In this document: one piece after another, positions 1 through 13,866 of the stretch | How positions within the stretch are numbered: position 1 is the stretch's first letter | How the letters are laid out: every line of letters begins with the position of its first letter | NCBI GenBank assembly: GCA_051294375.1 | Contig: CM119266.1 | Location: forward strand, 14,968,999-15,032,998 | DNA: 64,000 bases | Direction of reading: 5' to 3' | Source: Paraspadella gotoi | Lineage: Eukaryota; Animalia; Chaetognatha | Notes under the pieces: model-generated | Told to the model about the DNA's origin: nothing | Databases searched by the model: none | The model's input: only the letters and a program-made list of their open reading frames with translations | Translations under genes and position numbers: made by a program

Positions 1-67
1 CTAATTAGTTATCCTCGCCAAAAGAAATTATTTTTCCCCAACTCTCTTTTTCCACATCGGAGCAATA

Positions 68-74
<7 letters not shown>

Positions 75-133
<59 letters not shown>
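75..133 (+). repeat. (GA)n microsatellite
   Basis: Perfect AG dinucleotide run of ~59 nt; one of dozens in the window. Confidence 0.95.
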
Positions 134-136
<3 letters not shown>

Positions 137-300
137 GCGAGAGGACCACGCCCGAAGACAGTGCATAGTTAAGGGAAATGGACTGTTAGCCCAATGACCA
201 AACATAAAATAAACAGTGAGTTGCACGGAACGGAGGGGGCTCATAAACTTCTTCGTTCTCACAACACAATAACTGGAAGAGGAGTGAGCGAGCGAGTGAG

Positions 301-326
301 CGACGACGACGACGACGACGACGACG
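301..326 (+). repeat. (CGA)n trinucleotide microsatellite
   Basis: cgacgacgac... about 8-9 units. Confidence 0.9.
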
Positions 327-631
327 AGGCGTGAGAACGATAACGCCATCTATAATAAAGTAGAGAAATGAAACGAGGCCATTGTTGGAATGGACCATGA
401 ACTTCATTGCTCTTTTTAAAAGTGAGCGCCGAATCTTTCTTCTGGGCGAAGTAAGCACCGGGGAAAATCTCGATGAGAAAAATGACGCGGTTCCGAGAAA
501 ATAAGGAGACGCAACTTTTGATCGAAGGATCGGGAAATTTTTGGGGTGAGGAAAAGTTTCAATTGGTCACCATATCCCTCTTTCCTTTCAAGTGAACGTA
601 AACTACGTTAAAACGAATATCACAGAAGCGT

Positions 632-1261
632 TAGTACTGATAGGGGTAGCCACACTCAATGGGGTGAGTCAAAAATTTAGAGTGAGTAGATGCTCAAACG
701 AATATTTAGACATTTTTAAGAATACTTTCAATGGACAAAAAATTTATAATATGGCTCTATACCCTAGTAATTAATTTTTTAATATTTATTTATAGATAGG
801 AAAGGCCAAAAATTTATTTTTAGATTTTTTAAATTTTAAAGCCATATTCAGATAGCTCATAAAAAGTTGTCTACACAAAGTATGATTCTTTTTTAAATAT
901 TTTTACGATAAGTAAGTCAAAAATAAGAAAAACCGTAAAAAATCATCATCAACATCATCTTTCGATGATTTTATCAGTTTTTTTATACTTTCACTAAGAA
1001 AACGTAAGAATTTTTAAAAGCTGTAATTATATTTCTTGTTTAACTTTTTATGCTCTATCAGAATCCATTAAAAAGTTTTATGATTTAAAAAAAATATTTT
1101 TTGCTCTATATAGTAATATAATATTTTTAATTAGGCTAGTACCCTCGAAAGAAAGCATTTTTGACAAAAAATATTTTAATACCATAATTTATGGTCATGA
1201 TAGATTATTTTAACGCTGTATACATTAGCATTTAAATTTCATCGGCTATGGCTAGTACTGA
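632..1261. mobile_element. Degenerate AT-rich palindromic MITE/foldback-like element
   Basis: Internal inverted repeat attcagatagctcataaaaagtt (~846-868) vs aactttttatgctctatcagaat (~1042-1064). Co-linear similarity to the spacer of the 45.6-47.7 kb element. Bounded by the direct repeat TAGTACTGA at 632-640 and 1253-1261. Boundaries uncertain. Confidence 0.5.
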
Positions 1262-2221
1262 GGCGACTTATTTTCGTCTTCTACAGTACGATAATTTTTT
1301 TCATCTTTAACGTAATAAAAAACCTAGTATTGGTAGTGTAAAAATAACCAGGAAACACAACATTAAAAGTTAAAACTTGAAGCTTAATTAATCAAACCAA
1401 CAATATTAACAAACCCACACACTCTTTTTCAATCTTTCTCTTTTATTGTCCTCATTATTCTCTTCCAGATAAACTCAAATAATAAAAAAAAAAAACTTTA
1501 TATAATTTTTTTCACTTGTCGACCCAGAAGGCCTGATTCGAGTATAAATCGCGTAATTATGCTGATTTGGAAGTCATAAACACAAGATGACGATTCCGGG
1601 TCCACCATATTTGGCAGCGGTTATGGTTTCCCAAAGTCGTTATTTCTTTTTTTTTTTGGGGGGGGGGGAGATTAATCGTCGGAGCGCGTTGGGTGCGAGA
1701 TGAGGAGCACCCGCATGCGAGGCAAGGGCGCGTTGTGTCGGGAATGGATTTTTTTATGTCAGACTCACTGTTTTGGAAGATGTCGGGCATTGGATTATTT
1801 TGTCGGTCGTGGGCAAGTGTTTGTAATTTGGCAATGCTACGTAGGCTCTTATTTTATCATTCTGAAAAAGAATTACTTGAACACTTTACGTTAGGAGAAA
1901 TTGCTCTGAGAATGTTGAGTCCGGGGAACGATAGAGAATCACAGCCGCAGTTGTTGTCAAATATCCACTCGATGTAACTTCCCCCGTCCATATCCTCGCC
2001 CAAAATTTAAATCAAATTTAAAAAAAAAAACTTTTTCGTGACCTCTGACAAATCTCAGGTGTCTTATTCTTTCGCCTTGAACGACTCCCTTCAGAAACAT
2101 AACCCGACGCTTAATTACTTCGAAGATTTCGCCTCATTAGCGACGCCAAGTCGGAACGTCGCTATGCGAAGCGACTGGCGCCGCCACGCCGTGGGTCGAC
2201 GCCACCGGAAGAAGCCGATGA

Positions 2222-2334
<113 letters not shown>

Positions 2335-2854
2335 TTCATTGGGACTCGTTTGCACCCATTGTGCACCCGAGGGGACAATATTTAGAGCAAGATCATGACT
2401 CGAGTTGTGACTTTTAGAAATTTTTCTTTAATGGTCCCTGATTTTCATTTGTAAAAATCCTAGAATCGTCGCCGACAACAAAAATTTTGAAAATTATTGT
2501 GTGAAAAATAAAACGATTTCTCAGGGTGTTTTGACTTGAGGTTTTTTCTCTCCTTATTGTCATAAACCTAGATCTATTCTTTTTCTCATTCTTCTTTTTT
2601 TTTCAAAGAAAAATATTCTTAGTGTCTTAGGGTCAAGGTTAATGGCTGGTCAAAAATAGAAAAAAATAAGCAAACGAGTTTTTAGTTTCACAGACACAGA
2701 AAAACTTTAGTTATGAAATATTAAAAATATTTGTACTTAGATTTAAATAAAGAATCTTAAATATCGCCAATTCATTTTCTTATCTTCCTGTATGACATGA
2801 ACGTTCCATTTCTCTCTTCAGCCATTTCTAAGATCTTCCTCCTTCTTTGGCCAC

Positions 2855-2920
2855 CGCTCGCCGCCACTCGCCGCCGCACGCCGCTCGCCGCACGCCGCTC
2901 GCCGCTCGCCGCTCGCCGCT
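2855..2920 (+). repeat. Heptamer tandem repeat (CGCCGCT/CGCCGCA)n
   Basis: cgccgctcgccgcacgccgctcgccgctcgccgctcgccgct. Confidence 0.8.
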
Positions 2921-3564
2921 GCTAATTAAGAGCCAGAAATTATGCAAGGCGCGGCACAGGACTGGAAGATGGAAGATGGTTTCGCGGACTGGAGAGAAGG
3001 AGGGGGGAGAAGGAGTGAGAAGGAAAAAGGGAAAAGATTAAGAAAAAAAAATGAGATCGACGTGAGATCTTTATCGGTAATACGAGAAAGAACTCATTGT
3101 AAACTAAAAAGAGAAAGGACACTGAACTATAAGCATCAGCAAATGGAAGCCAATGAACTCGGCAAAAAGTGACATCCAACTCTTTCAATATTAATATTTT
3201 CGGCGGAAAACGAGTACGCGAAGTTAGTACTCTCCATTATAGGAATCAGTAAGAGGAAAAAAATGATTAGAAAACTGACGTTAGATATTAATTAAATATA
3301 ATATGTAAGGTCTGATGTGGGTTTGACTGAGATGGAATGATGCAAGACAGAAATTGATTAGGAAGAATTTTTTTTTATTTCATGATGCAAAATGAGATAT
3401 GGTAAGAGATCGAACTTTTTTTTATATACTTTTATAAACTAGAAGGGATTTTGAACTTTTTAAATTTTAAATCTCAAATACACAAGGGAAGAGTAGGAAA
3501 GTCTTAGCATTTTTGGCTAAAATTATATTCTCTCTCTCTCTTTCTCTCTACTCTCTCACTACTT

Positions 3565-3625
<61 letters not shown>

Positions 3626-3796
3626 TCCGGTTTTTGCTCATTCTCATATAAACTTCTTATAAACATTCCCCCCCGTGTCGCGTTCGCCCACCGCCAATGC
3701 AGGCCAGAGATCCAATGAGCCGAGGACTATTGTTTGCGCCTGGGGGGGAGAAAGAGAGAGAAGAGAAGAGAGAGAGAGAAAGAGAAAGGAGAGAGA

Positions 3797-3829
<33 letters not shown>

Positions 3830-4224
3830 AAAAGAAAAAACAAGGGGAAGCAACGAGGGGGGAGTGGCTCGTGACCGCCATTGTTCCCCGAAAAAAAAAT
3901 GTTTGCGGAGCGGCGTCGGGCGGCCAAATTGTTTGGCCCGTCAGTGTCCGCCCCTCTCGCCTCGCTGCATGTGTATGTTGCTCATATTGTTGTGTGTGTG
4001 GCTAGGTTTTTTTTTTCTTCCTTTTCGCCGCCGCTGCCGCTTCCGCCGCTGGCCGTCGCTGCCGCTGCCGCCGCCGCGGCGTCGCAGCGTCGACTTTCCG
4101 CGGCGTCGGACGATTCCACGTGCGAGGCCGTAATTTCGGTTTGATGAAGAAACAGACGAAAAACTCGCTCGTCCGCTATCCTTTTTTTTGTTGAATGGAA
4201 GAAGGTCAACCGAGCAGCAACGCT

Positions 4225-4324
<100 letters not shown>

Positions 4325-5043
4325 ATAAATTAGCGGATGAGCAAAAACTTATGCTGAGGGAAAAAAAATTTACCTGTGGACCCGCATCAAAGGAGAAAAG
4401 CTCGACAAAGACGACGTTTATTTAAAGCTGAAACATCAGTAACTTCAAACAATAATCGCTGACTTTATGTTTGATTGACAGCATTTTCTTCCCTTTCCTC
4501 TTTTTTTTAATTTTCCTCATTGACATTGTCCATTTCTTTCTTTTAAAATACTTAACCTTTAAAAACTTTAATAAAGTACTTCTCGTTTATTTTCAAGTCA
4601 ACTTTCCTTTTTATGAAATTTTTTTTTTTAGCATCTTCTTTATTGGTTTTATATTTTCTTTAATCTCCTTCCTTTTCACACGATCTCCTCTTTACTTTTC
4701 TTCCTACAACTTTCCCCATCCTTTTTCAGATCCCTTTAAGATTCCCGTTACTCGCTTCCGTCCCGTATTCGCCCACAATCCATTTCCCACTCCTGTTCTC
4801 TCGCTCCCCTTCCTTCCCCGCTCCATCTCCCGCTCCGGCTCCTCCGCTAATTTGGCAACAACACAAACTATCCTCTTCGTGTTCCTTTCGTTCGACCTTG
4901 CTCCATCGCGGTTCTCAAGCGTAACGACAAATGTACGTCTCGCCCGTTACGAGTTTCAACGTCAGGTTGAGCTCTACGAAGAGAATCGACGCCCTGATTG
5001 CGTTCCAGCGATGGCTTCATCAGATTTATTCGCGGTTCTTCCG

Positions 5044-5138
<95 letters not shown>

Positions 5139-6284
5139 CTCTAACAAACGTAAGTCGACGACGAGTCGAGTCCTTACCCATATTCTTCTCTCTTTGTCCT
5201 TGTCGCCATATTAGCTTTTACGTCGGCTTTCATTGTCCTCGGTTATTTTCTTCGTTGTCCTTGTCCCGTTGTTCGTATCATCCCGCTTTTTGATCAACTC
5301 TCACCTCTCATCTCGGTTCTGCTCTCCCTTCTCCGTCGCCAAAAGCGTGTCATTGAGACCCGCCGATCTCTGGCGACGCCTTCCCTCTGTCGGCGACAGG
5401 TTTAGACTGACTTTTGGCCCGACCCCTAACATGATGGCCTGAGATCTTTGTTTCGACACCTCCATTTCATATTTGTTCTTTTAGGTTCATTTTATATCTA
5501 ATTAAGTCATTTTTGTCTAAATAATATTTTGCGCCCCCGTAGTAGGTTTTTTTAAAAACTAAAGTTAAATAAAAAAAATTATTAATGACTAAACCAATTA
5601 TTTTGGTCAATATCATATTTAGAGGCTGGGTATCAAGTTACTGACAAGGGCATTGTCACCGTCATCGACCCATCGACGTCGTGATAGAGATTGTCATCAT
5701 CATCGTCATCGTCGTTGTCATCGTCATCATCGCCTTGGGAAGACCCGCAATCTCGTAGAAGAAACACGGCGTGTCGTGTCGCCGGCCGTTGGAGCTGCAG
5801 CGTCGTTTTGATAAGGAGGAGGAGGAGGAGGAGGAATGAGGTTCCGCTGCTGCTTCTCGGCCGGCGACCAGACTTAGGATGGACGAACGGAGAGACGGAT
5901 GAAATTCGTACGGACAAAAAAAAAAGTCTAATTACAAATCAAAGTATTTTAATTGTACTTTATTTATTAAAAATATTGGAAGTAGCCATCGTATAAACAG
6001 TGAGAAAATGTAAAGCGTGTCTTAATTTGATAACGTCTATAAAAACATTGAAAACGAAAATTAACATTCATTCCATCATGTGTTGTTTACGGTTAAAGGG
6101 TCCTTCTTTGTATTCATTAGAAAAATCCTTTTGCTCCCATCGCGTGCCTCCTCCCCCCCCGTTGCCGCCAGGACCCTTGTACCCGCCCTCCCCCATTTTT
6201 TCCCTCTCTTTGTTTGTCATCGTTTTCTGTCTGTCTGTCTGTCTGTCTCTGTCTCATTTTCATTATCAATTCTAACTAACTGCT

Positions 6285-6352
<68 letters not shown>

Positions 6353-6389
6353 ACCTTCTAATTCCTCCACCACCACCCTCCTCTCCTCT

Positions 6390-7305
6390 CTATCTTCCCA
6401 TCTTTCTCCCCCTCACTCTTTCCTCTCTCCTCTCGCGTGCCCCTTCGTCGAATCCGTTAATGAGAAACCGACCCTGTTTATGAATTTTCGTCTCGCGAAA
6501 GGAAAAGCAAAATCTTTGGCCTTGACGGATTCGGCTGTCGGGATAGATTCTGCTCGTCGCTCGCATCGCCTTGCGTTTCATAACAACCAGCAGGATGTTT
6601 AGATTCTTAATGAAAGTTGTTTTAATGAATTAACGTGTTTAATTTGAAAATGATAATGTAAAAAAGGCATAAATGAAACTCGTTTTAAATTGANNNNNNN
6701 NNNNNNNNNNNNNNNNNNTCTCCCATCTTTCTCCCCCTCACTCTTTCCTCTCTCCTCTCGCGTGCCCCTTCGTCGAATCCGTTAATGAGAAACCGACCCT
6801 CGTTTATGAATTTCGTCTCGCGAAAGGAAACGCAAAATCTTTGGCTTGACGGATTCGGCTGTCGGGATAGATTCTGCTCGGTCGCTCGCATCGCCTTGCG
6901 TTTCATAACAACCCAGCAGGATGTTTTAGAATTCTTAATGAAAGTTGTTTTAATGAATTAACGTGTTTAATTATGAAAATGATAATGTAAAAAAGGCATA
7001 AATGAAACTCGTTTTAAATTGAAACAAATTTAAAAAGGTAATAATAGACGCTGGACAAGAGCTTCCTCTTTTCAATCGTCAGAACGATCCACGAAACGGT
7101 CGCTCGCATCGCCTTGCGTTCATAACAGACCAGCAGCGATGTTTAAGTAATTCTTAATGAAAGTGTTTTATATGAATTACACGTGTGTTAATATGAAAAA
7201 TGATAATTGTAAAAAAGGCATAAATGAAAACTCGTTTTAAATCTGAAACAAATTTAAAAATAATAATAAGACGCGGACAAGAGCTTTCCTCTTTTTCAAT
7301 CGTCA
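6390..7305 (+). repeat. Local tandem re-copying of a ~300 bp segment around a 25-N gap (probable assembly artefact)
   Basis: 6390-6693 is repeated at 6719-7023, with a third, noisier partial copy at ~7098-7305. Differences are mostly single-base indels. Gap at 6694-6718. Confidence 0.85.
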
Positions 7306-7647
7306 GGAAACAGATCCCAACGAGAAAAAGAAAATTAAATAAGAGCCTAGAGATAAGATGGCTAAGCAGAGAGACAGAGAGAGGACGACGAGAGAGGATC
7401 CGGGGAGATGGAGAGAATGACGAGAGAGAAGAGAGCGACTAGGGTGTCAGGAGAGAAGATGAGAGCGCGAGTACGAGACGAGCAGAAGAAGGAAGCAGAT
7501 AGGAGAGAGAGGAACAAATATTCTTTTTGAATCCACGATCACAGCAACTCTGCCTACAATGTTAACGCACACAAGTTATTTTTTTATCATTTTTATCCAG
7601 AATTTGGACCTCTTTTTTATTTCTCTCTCCTCTCTCTCTCTCCTCTC

Positions 7648-7682
<35 letters not shown>

Positions 7683-7900
7683 TCTCTTCTCTCTCTCTCC
7701 TCTCTTCTCTCTCTCTCGATCCTACCCAATGTGTGTCATCTCTCCATTGCCTCTTGATTTTCTTACTGAACTCTTTAAGACACCGGTCTGCCTCTTTTTT
7801 TTCTATTAACTCATTCGCTACGGAAAGTTTCCGGGGGAATCGTAACGACTCGTCGATTGGCGCCATGAATCCAGGTCGTTTGTTCCTCTCTCTTTAATCT

Positions 7901-7993
<93 letters not shown>

Positions 7994-8773
7994 TTCTCGT
8001 GCTCTTCAGCTTCAGTGCCTCCTCCGGTGTCCCAGGAATATATAATATTTCTTTTTTTTTTCTTCTAATTTTCCCGTTTCGTATTTTGTTTTTTCGAAGC
8101 ATTCCTTGCTATTCTCGAAGCCATTCGAATTTCGTATTAACCGATTCTGAAATTCATCTTCCACCCAAAATCGACGAATTTCCGTCAAACGTCGTCTCAA
8201 TACCGACGCCGTTCTACGCAATCGACGCGGAGGGAAAACGGCCCACATCCGAGTGATGTCACGCCGTCGGCACGACGTCGCAATGTCCAAAATCTCCCCT
8301 CTCATTGTCTCTCCCCGCCCTTTCTCCCCCCCTTTCCGACGCCAAACCTTGGAGGTTCTTCCATCTCTCTCACCCATCATAAAAATCCTCGTGTTGCCTG
8401 TGACCCTCTCATCAATTCGGTAAACTGCGGTCTTTCTCGCCCCCCCCCCGTTTCCTGACTCGAGACTAACCCCTCAAATCCTCCCCCGGCCTTCCCTCCC
8501 CCCATCCCCTTTCTCGGGAGTTGTGGCCGAGCTTGAAGGTTAGTTGGACAAGAGAATCTAAGCGAGGAATCCTCACCCGCGCATCCTGTTCTTCCATTAA
8601 AAACTTCCTAACGCCGATCCCTCTTCCTCCACTCTCTCTTTATTTCTCTCCTTTTTTTTTCCTCCGCCCCGCCTCCTCCTCCTCCGCCCATCAATGAACC
8701 TCCTCCTCTTTCATCCCTTTTTTCCTAGTCTTCTCATTTCTCACTCTCTCATCTCCCTCTTACTTTTTCTTAT

Positions 8774-8825
<52 letters not shown>

Positions 8826-8839
8826 CTTTCTCTCTTCTC

Positions 8840-8908
<69 letters not shown>

Positions 8909-9331
8909 ATATCTTTTTTTTCCCTTANNNNNNNNNNNNNNNNNNNNNNNNNTATCTTCTTCCTTTCTTCTTCTTCTCCTCCTTCCAACGTATATATTCC
9001 GAGTTCACTCATTGCATTGCTTCGCTCACTCCTTCTCATTTGCGAGTTGCCATAACGTTGCCAATGTCGACGACGACGACGATTTCGACGACGAAGACGA
9101 CGACGAGGTTACGCTCTCTCTCTCTCTCATTCTCGCGCGCGCGTGGAATCTCTCCCTCTCTCTCTTTTTTCTCTGTCTCCTTCTCGGCCCTCTCTTTTCT
9201 CTTTTCCCTCGCGCGAGCTGGTTCTCTGTTCTCTGTCTCGTTCTCGGCCGAGAACCCGCGATGGATAATTCCGTGGCGAATCCATTTTCCGTGATGAATC
9301 TTTTTCGGTGGCGACTCTGATTTCCATGGAT

Positions 9332-9463
<132 letters not shown>

Positions 9464-10371
9464 AAATTATTTTTTTCCCAACTTTAAATTAATTTTATTT
9501 TAAAAACAATTTTAAGCTGTCATATAATTTTTTTTATTAACATCGAATTCTTTGAAATATTTTTTGAAATCGTTCGACCCACAAAAAATTGATTTTCCAA
9601 TGTTCTATCTTTTTTCATCAATCCTTCAATTCCTTACTACAAATTGGTACGAAAACAACCGAATTGGACCGCACATCATCTCAATAAAAATATTTAAAAA
9701 TTCAAAACTATACAAACGCCCTTCAAAACAAAACAAAAAAAAACCACGCGACTTTTCTAAAATTCATCATCCGAATTTTTTGCTTTCGCTTCCAAAAACA
9801 ACAACGCAAGAGGCCCGCCGTGCAATGGAAACTGCCTTTCTACGACAGCACGACCCGCGATTATTCAACTCTGTGATTCACGCGCGTCCCTGAAAATTAA
9901 CTGAAATTCGAGGGAATTTATCTTAACGTTTTAAACAAATTAAAAATGTAGTAAGTAAAATATTTTAGAAACAAAATAATTATCGCTTCCGAGTTGACTT
10001 TTCTGAAATTCTATATCTGTAAAAAATTATTATTATAAAAACACAGATTGCCTTGAAAAAAAAACATAGAACAAAAAAAAAATCAAAAAAATTAATTTTC
10101 TCAAATCTCATTTTCATAAATTCAAGCCAGAACCAGATACGATATCCTTTTGTTTCATTTGTTTTATTTTGTTTTTTTTTCCAACAGATTCTCTTTTGAC
10201 GATTATCCAAATTTGTCTTCTATTATCAGCGAATCGATTTGGAGATTTTCGCTTCTCTTCTTCTTTTTCTTCAAACTTTTTTTCTTTTCTTTTTCTCTCT
10301 TTTTTTTTTCAATTTTGACAAAAGCTCTCCGCTCTCGCGCGTTCAAGCTCAACACAGAGAGAGCGAGAGAG

Positions 10372-10438
<67 letters not shown>

Positions 10439-12157
10439 TGGGTTGTGGGAAAAATTTCCATCTCGTTTCGCCCTAAATTTTAGCTGCACCGAATTTTTGG
10501 TTTCGCGAAAAACGTCGAGTTTAGTTTTGATCAAGAAAAATTTAGAAATTTTTGAAAGCGTTTAGTGGAAATAACGCTCGTAGTAATAGATTTTATGAGT
10601 AATTTATGTTAAGTGTCCGATCTTTCAGGGGAAAAAATACCTACGTACCACAATTTGATCCAATCACTTTTCTTCCTTCCAAATTTCAGATACATAAGTG
10701 AAGCTACGTCTCGGCGAATCCGCGCCCCAAATTTTTTAGTCCAAAACAACAGTCGCCCTTTTCCCTTCCCACCCGAGATTAAATCTTAAAAATAAAAAAC
10801 AGTCCAACAATATTTCAGTCAAAAAAAAAAAAACAGTACCGCCAAAAAAAAAAAAACAAAACAAATCGGATAACAACAACTTCTATTTTTTTCCCTCCGC
10901 TTTTTAGTCAATTTTTGTGATATTCCCATTTCAAACCAACGACCGGTCCACTTGGAAAAAATAAAAGATTTCCCGGTCATTCAAATTTTTTTTATCGCAG
11001 ATTTTACCCATAATTCCCGATGCTCTCTCCGGCATACAAAAAAAAAAAAAAAAAAAACTAAATAAAAACTACCGAAAAATAAAACTGGCCTTCAATCATC
11101 AATACAGTCTCAAATCTCACAGCTTCAAAAAACAATAACATTCTACTGTTTCATCATTCCTTTTTTTTTCCTGCTTCATTTTCACTCCGCCGATATATTT
11201 CATTTTCTATATTCAAACCGTCGTCGCGACACGCCGTTTCTCACACCGCTTTTTTTTTATTTTCAAAAAATAAAAACTTCAATCAATAAAAACGAATCAT
11301 CAGTTTGGACGTCAATTCTTTTTTTTTTTTTTTTAAATTATCTTTTCCGGTTCTCAGTTTTCATTTCTCTTTTCGCAACATTTTTTTTTCTCTTCCGTTC
11401 ATTTTTACGTTTCACGATTTCGTCATCTTCGTCATCGTCATCATCAGCTCAGTCTTCTGCCAACCTTCAGCTTGTCACGATATAACCAAAAACCAAAACA
11501 AAAAACATAAAAAAAAACCCAACACGCTTCATTACACGTAGAACCAAAACAACGAACAAAAACAACTACAAGAAACTGCATTCCCCTTTTTTCCATCATT
11601 TCTTCTCCTATTCTCCGCCCGCCTCACAAACGCTTCGGCCGCCGAGATTAAATTCCGCTTCTTTCGCTTCTTCGACGACGTCTCTGTCTCTCTCTCTCTC
11701 TCTCTCATCACGGAGACGGAAACGATATCGTCCCGAGAGATAGAGACGGGAGTCGATCGCTCACGGATCGATTCTCCAATTTCTTAGTCGTCGCCGGTCA
11801 CGAATCCAACTAAACAACGCCCCTGGTGACCGAAAAGAAAAGATCGAGAGAGGGAAGAAGAGTGGAAGAGCCCTTTGACGCTCGCGTCGAAAGGTCACCA
11901 CCTTCGTCGAGTACGTTCGCGGCGCCAAAGTCGCGCCGATCACGTGCGATAAGCGTGCGATTCACGTGCGCTTAAAACTCTCCCGGTTAAAAAAGCGACG
12001 AATCGAAAGGCGAAAAAGAGAAGCTTTTTTTAAAAAAAAGTAATCATCCAACAAGACGTCTGTTGATTAAGGAACAATTGAGAAATGTTTATATTAATTT
12101 TTGACTAAATTAAAGAATAATAATCCGGACTTTGTTTTCCCGCCACGTTGACTAAAG

Positions 12158-12192
12158 GATGATCACTTCTCCAACGAATCTCGGCGCTGCAG
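12158..12192 (+). other. Candidate small exon
   Basis: Strong donor CAG|GTGAGT at 12192/12193; upstream tttgttttcccgccacgttgactaaag as a possible acceptor. No homology recognised. Confidence 0.2.
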
Positions 12193-12784
12193 GTGAGTTG
12201 GTCTTGATTGAAGGCAACAGTCGAAAGCATAAGGCTTGAAAAAAAATTGGATGATTGAAAGATTGCACGAAATACAATGAGATAATGTAAATATTCGAAA
12301 TGAGAAAATGTAATTGTTGAAGTAATGAGATGATGATTGATATGGGTCAATGACAACAGACGCTGCGGAAACAGCGAAAGATGGCGAAAGACGAACGACG
12401 TCAATAGAAAAAGAAAAATATGGAGAGAGAGTGCGACTAACTGCTACCAATGGCGACTCGAGTCTGCCAAAAAAACTTTGAGTGATGGGGTGAAACAACG
12501 ACAAAATAAGAAAGATGAATACGGACGGCGAATTACTATTTGCCACACCTTCGCGTTTGCCCGTCGATTTAATGAAAATACTACCAACATATCAGGTCTA
12601 AAATACACAAAAGCGCATGCGCAAACGACGCAAAGAGTTGGAACAAGGTCTGAACAGACATTCTCGGTCGCCCAGAGCTGAAGCGGCGGAAACGCCGACC
12701 GAACAAACAAAGGCAAAAGGAGATAAATGATATTCCTACGCATTTGCGGTGCCAACCCCGAGTGAAATCGTTCTGGTCATAATT

Positions 12785-12930
<146 letters not shown>

Positions 12931-13237
12931 AAGACAGTTTCCTAAAATAACACCCACGACGTATAGAAAAAAACAATTTTTTCCGCGACTCGACAAATAT
13001 AGCACTTGTTTGCTCTTATTAATGAAAGAAAGCATGAGGGCTATTTGCTTAATGATACTACGATTGATTGGCTTTAATGCTTAATTTAAGCCTCGGAGTG
13101 ATTTTGTTTATCTTTCTTTAATCAGTTCGTTTATAAATGATTTATCGATCCAAAATCGTGAGGCAAAGATTCAGATTTATTTCTGTCTTTTAAAGAGCTT
13201 TCTTAAAATATATTTTCTAATCAGCGAATGTAATTAA

Positions 13238-13343
<106 letters not shown>

Positions 13344-13866
13344 GGTGACAACGATGCTTCTTTCCCATTTTAGTTCGCGATATAAAAAGAAAGTAGGTGG
13401 TCTCGCATATCGGCGTCCATTAATGACTGTGGGGCCCAGCGGAGGTGGAGGCGGCGACGGCAGCAACGGCGGCAAACGGCGGCTAAGGGAGAGAGAGGGC
13501 GGCGGCCCCGTCTTGCCCAGTCTCGATTGTAGTTGCGTCTAATTCTTTTCTTAACTGCGCCACATTGTGTTTCGTGAAGCTTCGTTGCCCCTCGCCATTA
13601 CGCCGCGGGAACCAACTGCCACACCGCTCGCTGCCCTCGCCTTGCCAAACCTCATTTTGCTGTTCGTTTTTTTTTGTCTTCGTCGTTCGCACATGTTGAC
13701 CTTTTTTTCAAATAAATAGTATTCGAAGTTCTTTGTTTAAAAATATCTTTCCTAGTTTTATAATCAATAAAGGTTCGCACCTGCATTAACCCTAAACGTG
13801 TTTCCTCAGTCCCAGCGCACTGCAGCCAATGCTTGAATCCCCTTTGTCTCCGCTTTTACGCTTCAG

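Noticed and set aside
1885-1995. Minus-strand frame DMDGGSYIEWIFDNNCGCDSLSFPGLNILRAISPN as an exon
   Set aside because: Weak acceptor (GAG) and weak donor (AAC|GTAAAG); no recognisable homology
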